64,000 nt of DNA from Candidatus Poseidoniales archaeon (GTDB lineage Archaea; Thermoplasmatota; Poseidoniia; Poseidoniales; Thalassarchaeaceae): assembly GCA_028283505.1 (NCBI GenBank), contig JAPOFX010000001.1, positions 8,197-72,196 of the forward strand, read 5' to 3'. The position numbers and the translations under genes were made by a program. The notes beneath the pieces were generated by a model. It had not been told where the DNA came from, ran no database searches, and was given only the letters and a program-made list of their open reading frames with translations. Positions within the stretch are counted from its first letter, which is position 1; every line of letters begins with the position of its first letter. Positions 8,828 through 18,708 of this stretch are shown here, piece after piece.

Positions 8828-10345
8828 ATGGGAGGTAGTCTCGATATTCTGCACTCGATCAGAAACCGTTCAGGTAGCAGGGTAACCAACGGACTCCCAG
8901 ATGAAGTAATCCTCTCGTTCATCGACACTGACCCATCACTTAGAAGGGCTATCGAAGAAGCTGGAATAGTCTTTGAATCTCTTTCTACAGACACCGGAAT
9001 AGAAATCTCTGGAACTGATGAAACCGCTCTAATCGAGAGACTTCAATCGGACTACGTGAATTTCTATTCTTCCGCAACAGTAAATCCCTACGTTGCTATC
9101 TCAGCGAGAGGGCCATGGATTGTAACATCCCATGGAGCAGTTGTACATGACAATGGAGGTTATGGCATGCTCGGAATGGGGCATGGACCCGATGACATAA
9201 TTTCATCTATGCAGAAAAACTGGGTAATGGCAAATGTAATGACTCCTTCTTTCAGCCAAAAAAGGCTATCAGACAGGCTGAAAATGGAAATTGGCCATAC
9301 AAGAGGAAGCTGTCCATTTGATCGGTTTATATGCATGAATTCAGGGTCGGAATCTATGACAGTAGGAATGAGGATATCTGATGTCAATGCATTGAGGATG
9401 ACAGGTCCTGGTGGGAGGCATGAGGGGAAGCCAACGCGAATGGTGGCGATCGAGAGGGCATTTCATGGACGCACAGATAGACCTGCTCAGATTTCTCACT
9501 CATGTAAAGATGGCTATGATAGGAACCTGAATACATTCCAAGATAGGGATAATCTAGTGCTTATCCCGGCGAATGACATCTCAGCACTGAGGGAGACATT
9601 CAATCAAGCAGATGTTGATGGCGTATTTATCGAGCTCCTAGCGATTGAACCAGTTCAGGGAGAAGGAGCCCCGGGTCTGTGCATAGACAGGGACTTCTAT
9701 GATGAAGCAAGGCGCCTAACCAAAGAACACGGCTCCATGCTGATTATTGACTCGGTCCAAGCCGGACTTAGGGGTCAGGGTTGCCTGAGTATAGTGGACT
9801 ACGATGGTTTTCAGAGTGCTGATGCCCCCGATATGGAAGCATGGTCGAAAGCGATTAATGCTGGGCAGTTCCCTCTTTCTGTTGTTGGAATGACCGCAGA
9901 GGTAGCTGATTTGTATGTTACCGGAATCTACGGTAACACCATGACTACCAACCCTCGAGCATTGGAAACAGCGATTGCAGTATTGGAAAGAATTACTCCA
10001 GAGCTTCGGCAGAACATCCGTGACCGTGGGGATGATCTAGTTTTAGGTCTGCAGGGGGTCATGGAGGAATTCCCAGAAGCCATCCTTTCCGTTCAAGGAA
10101 CGGGTCTTTTGGTATGTGCAGAAATGGATCCCAATTTCTTCCCCGTCGTGGGAGATGACAAGGTTGAGATGTGGTGCAGGAAGAATGGGCTAGGAGTCAT
10201 CCACGGAGGAGTTAACGCCCTAAGATTCACTCCGCACTTTTCGATTACCCCTGAGGAAATTAAGATGATTGTTGAGATTGTCAGAGACGCAGTTATACAC
10301 TTCTCACAAATGAAGTCACTCGAGGTTACCCCGAGCACCGTCTAA
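8828..10345 (+). CDS. lat: Class III PLP aminotransferase, L-lysine 6-aminotransferase-like
   Basis: YVNFY..VNPYVAISARGPW, GGYGMLGMGH, VMANVMTPS, EIGHTRGSCPF, NSGSE, FHGRTDRPA, EPVQGEG, DSVQAG, SKA and YGNTMTTNPRAL closely match the Flavobacterium lutescens-type LAT as I recall it. Track start is 8798. Confidence 0.75.
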   Translation: MGGSLDILHSIRNRSGSRVTNGLPDEVILSFIDTDPSLRRAIEEAGIVFESLSTDTGIEISGTDETALIERLQSDYVNFYSSATVNPYVAISARGPWIVTSHGAVVHDNGGYGMLGMGHGPDDIISSMQKNWVMANVMTPSFSQKRLSDRLKMEIGHTRGSCPFDRFICMNSGSESMTVGMRISDVNALRMTGPGGRHEGKPTRMVAIERAFHGRTDRPAQISHSCKDGYDRNLNTFQDRDNLVLIPANDISALRETFNQADVDGVFIELLAIEPVQGEGAPGLCIDRDFYDEARRLTKEHGSMLIIDSVQAGLRGQGCLSIVDYDGFQSADAPDMEAWSKAINAGQFPLSVVGMTAEVADLYVTGIYGNTMTTNPRALETAIAVLERITPELRQNIRDRGDDLVLGLQGVMEEFPEAILSVQGTGLLVCAEMDPNFFPVVGDDKVEMWCRKNGLGVIHGGVNALRFTPHFSITPEEIKMIVEIVRDAVIHFSQMKSLEVTPSTV

Positions 10346-10353
10346 GTGGTAAG

Positions 10354-11037
10354 ATGAGCAAATCGATATATATTGAGGGAAATGAGGAATTTTTCATCCA
10401 ATCTCTACAAGACAGGCTGTTACGAGCGGGCGCTACACTCGTCAATAATTCTGCGGATTCTGATTTTGTTATTGCCGTGGGAGAGGGGTTTTCTGGAGAT
10501 ATCTCAATTGTTAGTGGAAATCAAGAATCCGGGAATTCCGAAATTGTTGTCAGGATACACGACTTACTTTCCCCTGAAGGAAAACTAAGATCGTGGGGCG
10601 ATGCAATATTGCATGATTGGGCTAGGTCAATTATGGAAGAATCAAAAATACCCAAAATAACTGATCATAGTCCAAGATTCTGGGTCCATATTAGGGATGT
10701 CTGCGACGCACTTTGTATTCTAATTATGAGCGATAGAATAAAGAAGATTGAGAACGAACTGAACATCTCAGGTCGGAGGGCTTGGTCTGCGGACTCCATC
10801 ATTCAGGAAATGAGTATACTATGGGGCAGGTATTCTGATTCTCTGAACTATTCCCATACAATTCAATCACTCTCTTCCATACCCGGTCCAGTTACTGATA
10901 CGAATGATAAACAACCCAAAAGACCAGATCTATCCGCCATCCACAATTGTCTTAGACAATGTGGGTCTGAAGGATGGCATCCGCTAGTTCCCATGCGTGT
11001 CTCCCTCATGGAGATCTTCGCTCATGCGATTAGATAG
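10354..11037 (+). CDS. Hypothetical protein, possibly a degenerate extended-SDR/epimerase fold
   Basis: 227-aa ORF 8 bp downstream of lat. RFWVHIRDVCDAL..LNISG resembles the epimerase C-terminus, but there is no GxxGxxG. Confidence 0.5.
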   Translation: MSKSIYIEGNEEFFIQSLQDRLLRAGATLVNNSADSDFVIAVGEGFSGDISIVSGNQESGNSEIVVRIHDLLSPEGKLRSWGDAILHDWARSIMEESKIPKITDHSPRFWVHIRDVCDALCILIMSDRIKKIENELNISGRRAWSADSIIQEMSILWGRYSDSLNYSHTIQSLSSIPGPVTDTNDKQPKRPDLSAIHNCLRQCGSEGWHPLVPMRVSLMEIFAHAIR

Positions 11038-11045
11038 CAGGGTAA

Positions 11046-11222
11046 TCAGTTCTTATCGTTCTGAACCTGGACACGGATGGCCTGAGCCATTGTCTTGGCT
11101 GACTGCATAGCCTTGCGGACTCTGGTTCCGGCAGCCTTGTTGCCCTTGTCATGCTTTACAGCATCACCCATTGCATCTGTTAGCATTTCTATCATATCAT
11201 GCATCATCTTCTCGACGGACAT
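11046..11222 (-). CDS. Small histone H1-like (Hc1 family) protein, 58 aa
   Basis: Hand translation: MSVEKMMHDMIEMLTDAMGDAVKHDKGNKAAGTRVRKAMQSAKTMAQAIRVQVQNDKN. GNKAAGTRxRK is the Hc1-family signature; GAGGT SD upstream; below the track length cutoff. Confidence 0.8.
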   Translation of the reverse strand: MSVEKMMHDMIEMLTDAMGDAVKHDKGNKAAGTRVRKAMQSAKTMAQAIRVQVQNDKN

Positions 11223-11282
11223 AACAAACCTCGGGCGCTAGACCGTTCTTAGCCGTTTTCACGAAAATCATCACAAAATGTG

Positions 11283-12269
11283 CTACAATTGGGCGAATAA
11301 ATCACCACCGAGAAGTGGAAGAAGGACGCTAGCATCGCCTTCAACGACGACCTGAGAAGCTTCTGGGCGTACCTTTCCCCATGAAATGGCCTCTTTGAGC
11401 CTAGCGCCTGACAGTGAACCGTCATATTCTGGAGCTGTTGTTATAGAAACGGCAGAGTCCAAACCTCCTCTGTATTGATTCCACCATATCACGTGATGTT
11501 TTGAAATCCCTCCTCCCACCATTAGCGCATGGCTCTCCTCAGCCGTCCAAGTCAAGTCTGAAAGAATCTGCTCGTCTGCTAGAACATCAATCATAAAGTC
11601 AGGAGATTTCTGTCTGTGCATAAATAATTGTGCTCCTATCGAGCCGTCTGTAATTCCAGGTATTATGACCGGAATCCTATTCCTTGCGATCCAGTAGAGC
11701 AAAGACGATTCGTCATCAATCCTGTCTCCTAAGGCCCAACAGAGCTCCGCGGTTCCAAACCCCTTCCAAGGACTGTCTGGAGACTCTGAGCGCCTCTCAT
11801 CCTCAATCTCTGAAAGCCATGGAAGGACAATATTTTCCAGAATTTCCCCGTAGCACTCATTTGGCACTATTACGTTGCCAAGCCTGTTCAGACCTTCTTC
11901 TCCCAACGCAATATCATCCAAACTGAAGTCTCCATGGAAGTAATTCTCGTATGATCTGGCGATATCATGATCCAGAGTCCCACAGGTAGTGATAACGACA
12001 TTAAACGAGCCCCTCTTCAAGGCCTCTAAGAAGAATCCCCTGGTTCCAGTAGCGCATAGACAAGCTGGAAACGATATCCAATTCAGGACCCCCTCAGAGG
12101 AAGTCTTTGAGATAGAGCTCCTCAGGATGTCTCGAGCAAATGCCAGCTTAGTCGCGGTGAAGCCTCCAGCCTCTGACATCTGGTCAATCAGTGAAGAAAT
12201 ATCCTTCATTGATGAAAAATCATAATCCTTTACTGGAATGTCAAAGTCTTCACGCGAATATCCGCTCAT
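11283..12269 (-). CDS. dys: Deoxyhypusine synthase
   Basis: GGFTA, ITTCGTLDHD, NRLGNV, PGITDGSIG, GGGISKHH and DGSLSGARLKEAISWGK. Confidence 0.95.
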   Translation of the reverse strand: MSGYSREDFDIPVKDYDFSSMKDISSLIDQMSEAGGFTATKLAFARDILRSSISKTSSEGVLNWISFPACLCATGTRGFFLEALKRGSFNVVITTCGTLDHDIARSYENYFHGDFSLDDIALGEEGLNRLGNVIVPNECYGEILENIVLPWLSEIEDERRSESPDSPWKGFGTAELCWALGDRIDDESSLLYWIARNRIPVIIPGITDGSIGAQLFMHRQKSPDFMIDVLADEQILSDLTWTAEESHALMVGGGISKHHVIWWNQYRGGLDSAVSITTAPEYDGSLSGARLKEAISWGKVRPEASQVVVEGDASVLLPLLGGDLFAQL

Positions 12270-12293
12270 GTTTCCCGCAAAACGAACCTGACT

Positions 12294-14582
12294 TCAATTG
12301 GTCGGGTTGTAGAGTTGCATTATCCTGTCTCGAATTTGGGCTGCTTTCTCAAAATCCAGCCTCTCAGCGGCTGCTCTCATTTCACGCTCCAACTTACTGA
12401 TTAGCTGATCATCATTCACATCTCCGGATTGTTCCGTTTCCATTTCTACCTCGAAATTCGGTTGACTAACGTTATCGAGAACTGAGTCGGAAGTATTCCA
12501 CATGCCAGCTCCCAGAGAGAACTTCTGTGCGAGTCCAGAAACACCCTTCTTGCTTGTTTTTTTGCCTACGAATCTCTTCCCACCCTTGGCTCCTTTCCCT
12601 GCTGTCCCAGCTAGAATGCTGCTTTCTTCCTCTCCCATAGTCGGGAGGGCCTTCTGTATTGTTTTGGGAACTATCCCGTGAATTTGATTGTAAGAATCCT
12701 GTCGCCTTCTTCTTGAAATCGTCTGGCTCATGGCTGCTTCCATTGATGGAGAAATCGTGTCGGCATATAGGATGACGACCCCGTTCTCATTTCTAGACGC
12801 TCTTCCAATTGTTTGCAAGAGAGATCTCTCATTCCTGAGAAAACCTTGCTTATCCGCATCGAAGATTGCCACTAGTGATACCTCAGGAATGTCCAGCCCT
12901 TCTCTGAGTAAATTTATTCCAACAATAACGTCTATGTGACCCAGTCTCAGAGCCTTGATTATCTCGGTCCTCTGGAGGGTGTCAATTTCTGAATGAAGAT
13001 AATGAGCTTTGATTCCATTTTTTTCAAGGTATTCGGACACTTCCTCGGCGAACTTAATAGTCATCACAGTAACAAGTACGCGCTCATCCCTCCCTACTCT
13101 CTTATTTATTTCTGACATCAAATCTTGGACTTGTCCCTTAGTGGGTTTAACGACAATTTCAGGATCTAGTAATCCTGTTGGGCGAATTTCCATTCTTACC
13201 ACTCCGTCGATTTTTGTGATTGTTTGCTCCATGGTAGAGGTAGTAACTTTCTTGTCGAGGTCTGGTTTATCAGAACCTCCTCTTCCTCCTACATGAAGGA
13301 GCTCTTCGGGAACTTCCTGATTGGTTACCTCAGCAAGGTGACGTAGCTCCCTCTCTCCTGGTGTTGCGCTGACATACAGCATTTTTGGAACGAGGTCCTG
13401 AAACTCGTCAATTCTTAGTGGTCTGTTATCATATGCCGATGGTAGCCTAAATCCATGGTCTACAAGGTTCTTCTTTCTGGAGAAATCTCCTCCATACATC
13501 CCCCCAACTTGAGGAAGAGTGACGTGGCTTTCATCCATAATTACCAGATATCTATCGGAGCCACCATGGAAGCGCTCAGCGTTACTTGAAAAGAAATCCA
13601 GCAAACAGAACGACCTTTCTCCCTTAGACCTCCTGTCAAAATGTCTTGAATAGTTCTCCACCCCTTTACAAGACCCTATCTCTGTTAGCATCTCAAGGTC
13701 GAACTTGGTCCTCCCTTCAAGCCTGTAGGCCTCAATCTCCATTCCCTTTTCCTGGAACCAACCTACCCGATCTTCTAGTTCGTGCTCTATATCCTCAATC
13801 GCTAGGTTGAAGCTCTCCTCGCTAGTCATGTAGAACTCTCGTGGATGTATCCAAGCCTCCTCAAACTCATCCAGAATCTCCCAGGATATGGCTTCACATA
13901 CCTGTATTTTCTCTATTCCCTCCCATCCAAACCTCACCCTGATAGGGTCATCCCTACTTGGCATCCAGATATCCAGAACCTCGCCTCTTAGACGGATATC
14001 GCCCCTGGTAATCTCACCTGAGACCCGGCGGTAGTGAAGTCCAACCAGTTCTCGTACAATTTCTTGTGGATCTGATTTCTGTCCAACTTCGAGTCTGAGG
14101 TGGTTCTGCTGGAATACTTCTGGAGGATTCAATCCATATATTGCTGAAACAGTTCCAACGGTAATCACGTCAGGCCTTGAGACCAATGATGCGACTGTGG
14201 AGAACCTCTCTTGCTCTATCCTCTCGTTCATTTGCAGCTCTTTGTCGATGTAAAGGTCCCTTCCGGGGATGTAAGCTTCAGGCTGATAATAGTCATAGTA
14301 GCTAACAAAATACTCTACCGCATTACTTGGAAAAAGCTCACTAATCTCCTGCCAAAGCTGTCTCGCAAGGGTTTTGTTGTGAGACAGGATTAGCGTTGGA
14401 ACCCCTAGCCTCTCAATTATGTTGGCCATTGCAAATGTCTTACCGGACCCAGTAACCCCCATGAGAATGCATCTCTCTTGATTAGACTCGATCTGCTCTA
14501 CGAGCCTATCTATTGCTTGTCCTTGGTCACCAGCGGTATCATACTCAGAATCTAGAATGAACATACTACACACCACTCGCAA
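12294..14582 (-). CDS. uvrB: Excinuclease ABC subunit B
   Basis: GVTGSGKTF, HNKTLARQL, YFVSYYDYYQPEAYIP, DESHVT, GFRLPSAYDNRPL, GINLLREGLD and a C-terminal UVR domain (LDFEKAAQIRD). Confidence 0.96.
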   Translation of the reverse strand: MRVVCSMFILDSEYDTAGDQGQAIDRLVEQIESNQERCILMGVTGSGKTFAMANIIERLGVPTLILSHNKTLARQLWQEISELFPSNAVEYFVSYYDYYQPEAYIPGRDLYIDKELQMNERIEQERFSTVASLVSRPDVITVGTVSAIYGLNPPEVFQQNHLRLEVGQKSDPQEIVRELVGLHYRRVSGEITRGDIRLRGEVLDIWMPSRDDPIRVRFGWEGIEKIQVCEAISWEILDEFEEAWIHPREFYMTSEESFNLAIEDIEHELEDRVGWFQEKGMEIEAYRLEGRTKFDLEMLTEIGSCKGVENYSRHFDRRSKGERSFCLLDFFSSNAERFHGGSDRYLVIMDESHVTLPQVGGMYGGDFSRKKNLVDHGFRLPSAYDNRPLRIDEFQDLVPKMLYVSATPGERELRHLAEVTNQEVPEELLHVGGRGGSDKPDLDKKVTTSTMEQTITKIDGVVRMEIRPTGLLDPEIVVKPTKGQVQDLMSEINKRVGRDERVLVTVMTIKFAEEVSEYLEKNGIKAHYLHSEIDTLQRTEIIKALRLGHIDVIVGINLLREGLDIPEVSLVAIFDADKQGFLRNERSLLQTIGRASRNENGVVILYADTISPSMEAAMSQTISRRRRQDSYNQIHGIVPKTIQKALPTMGEEESSILAGTAGKGAKGGKRFVGKKTSKKGVSGLAQKFSLGAGMWNTSDSVLDNVSQPNFEVEMETEQSGDVNDDQLISKLEREMRAAAERLDFEKAAQIRDRIMQLYNPTN

Positions 14583-15537
14583 ATCTTTCTATCTCTGATG
14601 AATCAGTCAGAACAATGGAGGCCAAAAGAACCCAACCTGTCAACATTGAAACTCGGAAAAGTGTTGTCTGGAAGTCCGGTAATCTTTCACTGTACAACAC
14701 TACTCCAATGTTCAGAGCGCACATTATCCCCGCTGATATCAGAAACCAGGCCTCCTCGACAGGATTCGAGAGTGCAAAACATGCGAACCATAGGAGCGTC
14801 AGTTGTATCGACGTTCTGGTCGTCGCCCTTTCTCCAAATTTGGAAGGGAACGAGTGAATTCCGTTCTCAATATCACTTTTGATGTCCATCCTGGCGTAGT
14901 TAATGTCAAATGACGCTATCCACAAGGCCACACCCAGCGATATCCAGAAGATTTCTGGGTACCATAAAAATTCACCATGTCCTTGAGAGTACGCACCCGA
15001 CCCTCCCGTTATCGCATACCAACCATGAACGTCAGCTGTAACAGCAACCCAAGCGGCCGCTGGCGCAAGTCCCAAGCATAATCCCAACCAGAAATGGCAC
15101 AGCCATGTGTAACGCTTGGTGTAGGGGTAGACAACGAATGCAAGTACAGGTAGCCATGCCATTTTCAGTGCTACTTCATTAAGCCGCCATGCTCCGAAAA
15201 GTAACATTCCAAGGAAGACCGCAGAGAGGGTCCAAGCGGTTTTCATTGTCATGGCACCAGAAGCCAGATGACGACTTTTTGTACGGGGATTGGCCGCATC
15301 AATGTCTCTGTCGATTATCCTATTTAGTGACATCGCTAAGCCCCGAGCACCCACTGCTGCTACCAGAATCCAAACAATGTCGATCCCGAATCTATCTGAA
15401 GAAAGCTCAGTCCAGAACTGATTGTGAGCGTGAATGTAACCAATTAGGATGAATGGTAACGAGAATAGGGTATGCTCAATCTTAACAAACTCAAGAACAC
15501 CCCTAAGTCCCACTAAAATCCACCTTCCTTTAGCCAA
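14566..15537 (-). CDS. UbiA-family prenyltransferase (MqnP-like)
   Basis: FVKIEHTLFSLPF, NRIIDRDIDAANPRT, YPYTKR and FDINYARMDIKSD; multiple TM helices; overlaps the upstream UbiD gene. Confidence 0.85.
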   Translation of the reverse strand: MAKGRWILVGLRGVLEFVKIEHTLFSLPFILIGYIHAHNQFWTELSSDRFGIDIVWILVAAVGARGLAMSLNRIIDRDIDAANPRTKSRHLASGAMTMKTAWTLSAVFLGMLLFGAWRLNEVALKMAWLPVLAFVVYPYTKRYTWLCHFWLGLCLGLAPAAAWVAVTADVHGWYAITGGSGAYSQGHGEFLWYPEIFWISLGVALWIASFDINYARMDIKSDIENGIHSFPSKFGERATTRTSIQLTLLWFACFALSNPVEEAWFLISAGIMCALNIGVVLYSERLPDFQTTLFRVSMLTGWVLLASIVLTDSSEIERFASGV

Positions 15538-17384
15538 GTGTCCACTCTGTTTAGAACTTCAGGATCATGTAATGTCACACCAGGCCATCTACGAACCGGG
15601 AGAGGCCCTCCTTGAGAGGGAATCGGAGCTGTGGCGTCCCAACACACTCTCCTTCTGTCAGAGTCAAAGTGCAAATCTCTGCCAACATCAAACCGACAGA
15701 AAAATTGCCAAAGCAGAGTCCTCTTCCAGTAATCTTCTGAGAGGTCTACATCTGAGTCGGTGATGAACAGCCATCTGAGGTTAGCTGAACCCTCTAGGCT
15801 CCAGATTGAGTCCCTGATTGAACAAATCTTCTCTCTCTGCATTCTGGCCCCCTCTTCATTGTCGGTTTCGACATTCTCGGAAGGCGAAGGTCCACCTTCG
15901 ATATCTGTGGTTACAACCAGCATGGAAGATCGTAGCATTCTCGCCTGTACTACTCCATCTATTCCGGAAGCAGAAACCTCAAGCGAATCAGGACACCCTA
16001 CCAGGGGGGCTCTTAGACTACGAGGATCACTTTCCACGGGACTCGTGGCATCAATCAGCAACTTGTCATGGATATTTTCCCAGGGAGATGCATGAGCCAG
16101 TGAATCAGCAACCATCCCCGGCAGAACCACTAGGTCTTCCGAAATTTCAACTTTTGAGTCTAGGGCATCGAGTAGCAGGTCCAGATCTTTGGCATCATGT
16201 TCGGGATTGACCGCAACTATAGTTTTCAGGAACATCATCTGACCTGCACCAAGTAGCCCTAAGGCTGTTTTCCTCCCTTGCCTTGGATACCTATTTTTGG
16301 ATGAAACTATAGCTAGGTTGTGGAAACCCGTCTCCAGTGGTAGAAACAGATCAATAACATCCCTGTGTTGAAACTTCAACACTGGGAGAAACGCGTCGCC
16401 AATTGCTTCCCCCAGGTAACCATCCTCCATCGGGGGAACTCCTACTATGGTCATCGGGACTATTGCATTTTTTCTGTGGGTAATTGCCTCCACATGCATT
16501 ACTGGGTATTGGCCTGCCAGAGAGTAGTGACCAAAATGGTCTCCAAATGGCCCCTCTTCTCTAGTCTCTCCGGGAATCATGTAACCTTCTATTACGACAT
16601 CGCACTCAGCAGGCACCATTAGTTCGTTTGTAATGCATTTTGTTATTCTCAAACGCCTCTTACCCAGTAGCCCAGCAAACTCATACTCCGATAGATTATC
16701 TGGAAGAGGAGATATCGAGCTAAACATCACTTCAGGAGGCCCACCGAGGCAAATTGCCACCGGCATACGGTCTTTTGATGCGTCTGCATGGTCAGCCCCA
16801 TGCTTGTGCGCTTGCCAGTGTAATCCTAACTCCTTAGGTCCGAAGACCTGGCTCCTGTACATGCCCATGTTGTGAACTCCTGTTTCAGGGTCAGCCGTCA
16901 CGACCAAGGGCAGAGTGATGTACCTGCCACCATCCTCTGGCCATGTCTTCGGGATCGGGAGTTTTGTCACATCAGGATCTCTGATTACTATCTGCTGGCA
17001 TGCTCCCTTCCTGACCTTCATCGGAGCCATCGACATTCCTTCAAGTGCTAAACCAATACCAGTCCATGGAGCTTTCATTATTCCTCCAATATCGGGCTTC
17101 ATCAAGGAAACCATTCTATTTCCAATCTCGTCGGGCTTCTTAACTCCCAAGGCGTGATTAGTCCTATCACGAGTTCCGAAGAGGTTCATCGCTAAGGGGA
17201 GGTCACTGATAGAACCATCAGGGAGTCTAGGTTGCTCGAATAGAATCGCGCCTCCTCCCCGCTTCACTAGCCTGTCAGCGATGCATCCAGCCTCGAGCTC
17301 GACATCTACTGGATCAGATACTCTAATCAGCTCACCTGAGTCCTCAAGAGACTGCACATACCGTGCCAGAGTGCGCCAGGTCAT
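15513..17384 (-). CDS. UbiD-family decarboxylase (MqnL-like) with duplicated C-terminal domain
   Basis: LPIPKTWPEDGGRYIT, NMGMYR, LHWQAHKHG, EGPFGDHFGHY and PPMEDGYLG; C-terminal repeat (KLLIDAT / RVCWDAT). Track start is 17399. Confidence 0.88.
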   Translation of the reverse strand: MTWRTLARYVQSLEDSGELIRVSDPVDVELEAGCIADRLVKRGGGAILFEQPRLPDGSISDLPLAMNLFGTRDRTNHALGVKKPDEIGNRMVSLMKPDIGGIMKAPWTGIGLALEGMSMAPMKVRKGACQQIVIRDPDVTKLPIPKTWPEDGGRYITLPLVVTADPETGVHNMGMYRSQVFGPKELGLHWQAHKHGADHADASKDRMPVAICLGGPPEVMFSSISPLPDNLSEYEFAGLLGKRRLRITKCITNELMVPAECDVVIEGYMIPGETREEGPFGDHFGHYSLAGQYPVMHVEAITHRKNAIVPMTIVGVPPMEDGYLGEAIGDAFLPVLKFQHRDVIDLFLPLETGFHNLAIVSSKNRYPRQGRKTALGLLGAGQMMFLKTIVAVNPEHDAKDLDLLLDALDSKVEISEDLVVLPGMVADSLAHASPWENIHDKLLIDATSPVESDPRSLRAPLVGCPDSLEVSASGIDGVVQARMLRSSMLVVTTDIEGGPSPSENVETDNEEGARMQREKICSIRDSIWSLEGSANLRWLFITDSDVDLSEDYWKRTLLWQFFCRFDVGRDLHFDSDRRRVCWDATAPIPSQGGPLPVRRWPGVTLHDPEVLNRVDTWLKEGGF

Positions 17385-17478
17385 GTTACGCCGTGCCACT
17401 CACAATAGTAGAAGGTTCGCTCGTCTCCGTAGGAGACACGACCGAGGGTTTCTTTTGAGTTGGTGTCCTCGGGGTGGC

Positions 17479-18708
17479 ATGGGCGATACCGCGACGTCAT
17501 GTGATGTGTTAGTCGTTGGTGCCGGGCCGGGTGGAGGCAACGCGGCACTACAGTGTGCCAGACTTGGTCTTCAAACAATACTTATCGAAGATCATGATGA
17601 GATAGGAACTCCAGTTCACTGCGGAGAGTGCATATCAGACGTGGCATGTCAGAACTTAGGCCTCACACTTCCGGAACACGTCATCAGTAAGGAAGTAAAG
17701 GGTATTAGGGTCATCTTCCCAGATGGAACCGAAAAGTGCTTGTCCGAGCATGGCTATGTTCTAGAAAAGCATCTATTTGAACAATGGATAGCTGACTCTG
17801 CGGTCTCTGAGGGAGCCAAGCTAAGTCTTGGTCACAAGATTACCGGGATGGAAAAGGTGTATCTAGAAGGTAAATTCTCAGGCTGGAGATGTGAGGGAAA
17901 GGGGGAGGATTTCCCGATTTTCGCCAAGGTAGTAATAGATGCCTCAGGGGTCGCGTCGGTGTGTTCCAAATTATTGAATCTAAATCCGAGGGGAAAGGTG
18001 GTCGCTGGTATGCAATACGAATTGGAAGGAGTCCCCACAGACGGATACCTAGATTTCTACATCTGGCCATCATATGCCGAGAAGGGCTATCTCTGGATGA
18101 TCCCTAAATGTGATGGCAGGGCAAACATCGGACTCGTAACAGAGGATAAACCAAGAACCAAGAAAGCACTTGACGAGTTCATCCAAAATACACATTTCAA
18201 GGGATTAAATCAGAATCTTCCCACTTGGAAAAAGAAGGGAAACCCCGCGTTCGGTGGGACGATACCCATCTCGGGCCCCCATAATAATACATACTCAGAC
18301 GGACTACTACTTATCGGAGATGCCGCAGGATTCACATCCCCATTGTTTGAGGGCGGATCTCACTTAGCTCTCAAGTCGGCTGTGTTTGCCGCTCAAACTG
18401 CATCAGAAGGTATCAATGACAATGACCTAAGTGCTGAGAAATTATCCAAATATGAGAACCTTTGGAAGGAAGAGTTTCCACCTTATGACAAAATTCTGAA
18501 GGGGAAGAACGCACTCTTTGATTTAACAGATGAAGAGATGTCGGCCATGGCTAGATGCTTACCTGACGAGATGTCCGATATGGGCATATCTGGGAAAGCA
18601 ATGGTAGGCGTCAGACTACTATTCAAAAGGCCCGGTCTGTACGCAAAGAATATTATCAGAGCAATGCTAGCATTTGGTTACAGCAGAGCGAAGTACTACG
18701 GTTGGTGA
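17479..18708 (+). CDS. Geranylgeranyl reductase family FAD oxidoreductase
   Basis: DVLVVGAGPGG, PVHCGE, IDASG, GYLWMIPK and LLIGDAAGF..GG. Likely start ATG 17479 (track 17281). Confidence 0.85.
   Translation: MGDTATSCDVLVVGAGPGGGNAALQCARLGLQTILIEDHDEIGTPVHCGECISDVACQNLGLTLPEHVISKEVKGIRVIFPDGTEKCLSEHGYVLEKHLFEQWIADSAVSEGAKLSLGHKITGMEKVYLEGKFSGWRCEGKGEDFPIFAKVVIDASGVASVCSKLLNLNPRGKVVAGMQYELEGVPTDGYLDFYIWPSYAEKGYLWMIPKCDGRANIGLVTEDKPRTKKALDEFIQNTHFKGLNQNLPTWKKKGNPAFGGTIPISGPHNNTYSDGLLLIGDAAGFTSPLFEGGSHLALKSAVFAAQTASEGINDNDLSAEKLSKYENLWKEEFPPYDKILKGKNALFDLTDEEMSAMARCLPDEMSDMGISGKAMVGVRLLFKRPGLYAKNIIRAMLAFGYSRAKYYGW

Noticed and set aside
12294-14582. Intein in UvrB
   Set aside because: The insertions are short and lack the N-terminal Cys/Ser and C-terminal His-Asn splice motifs.
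17281-17478. Long N-terminal extension of the GGR overlapping ubiD (also the overlapping GT4 starts at 35533-35617)
   Set aside because: Artefacts of longest-ORF calling; the family motifs begin just after downstream ATGs (17479, 35566, 35653).
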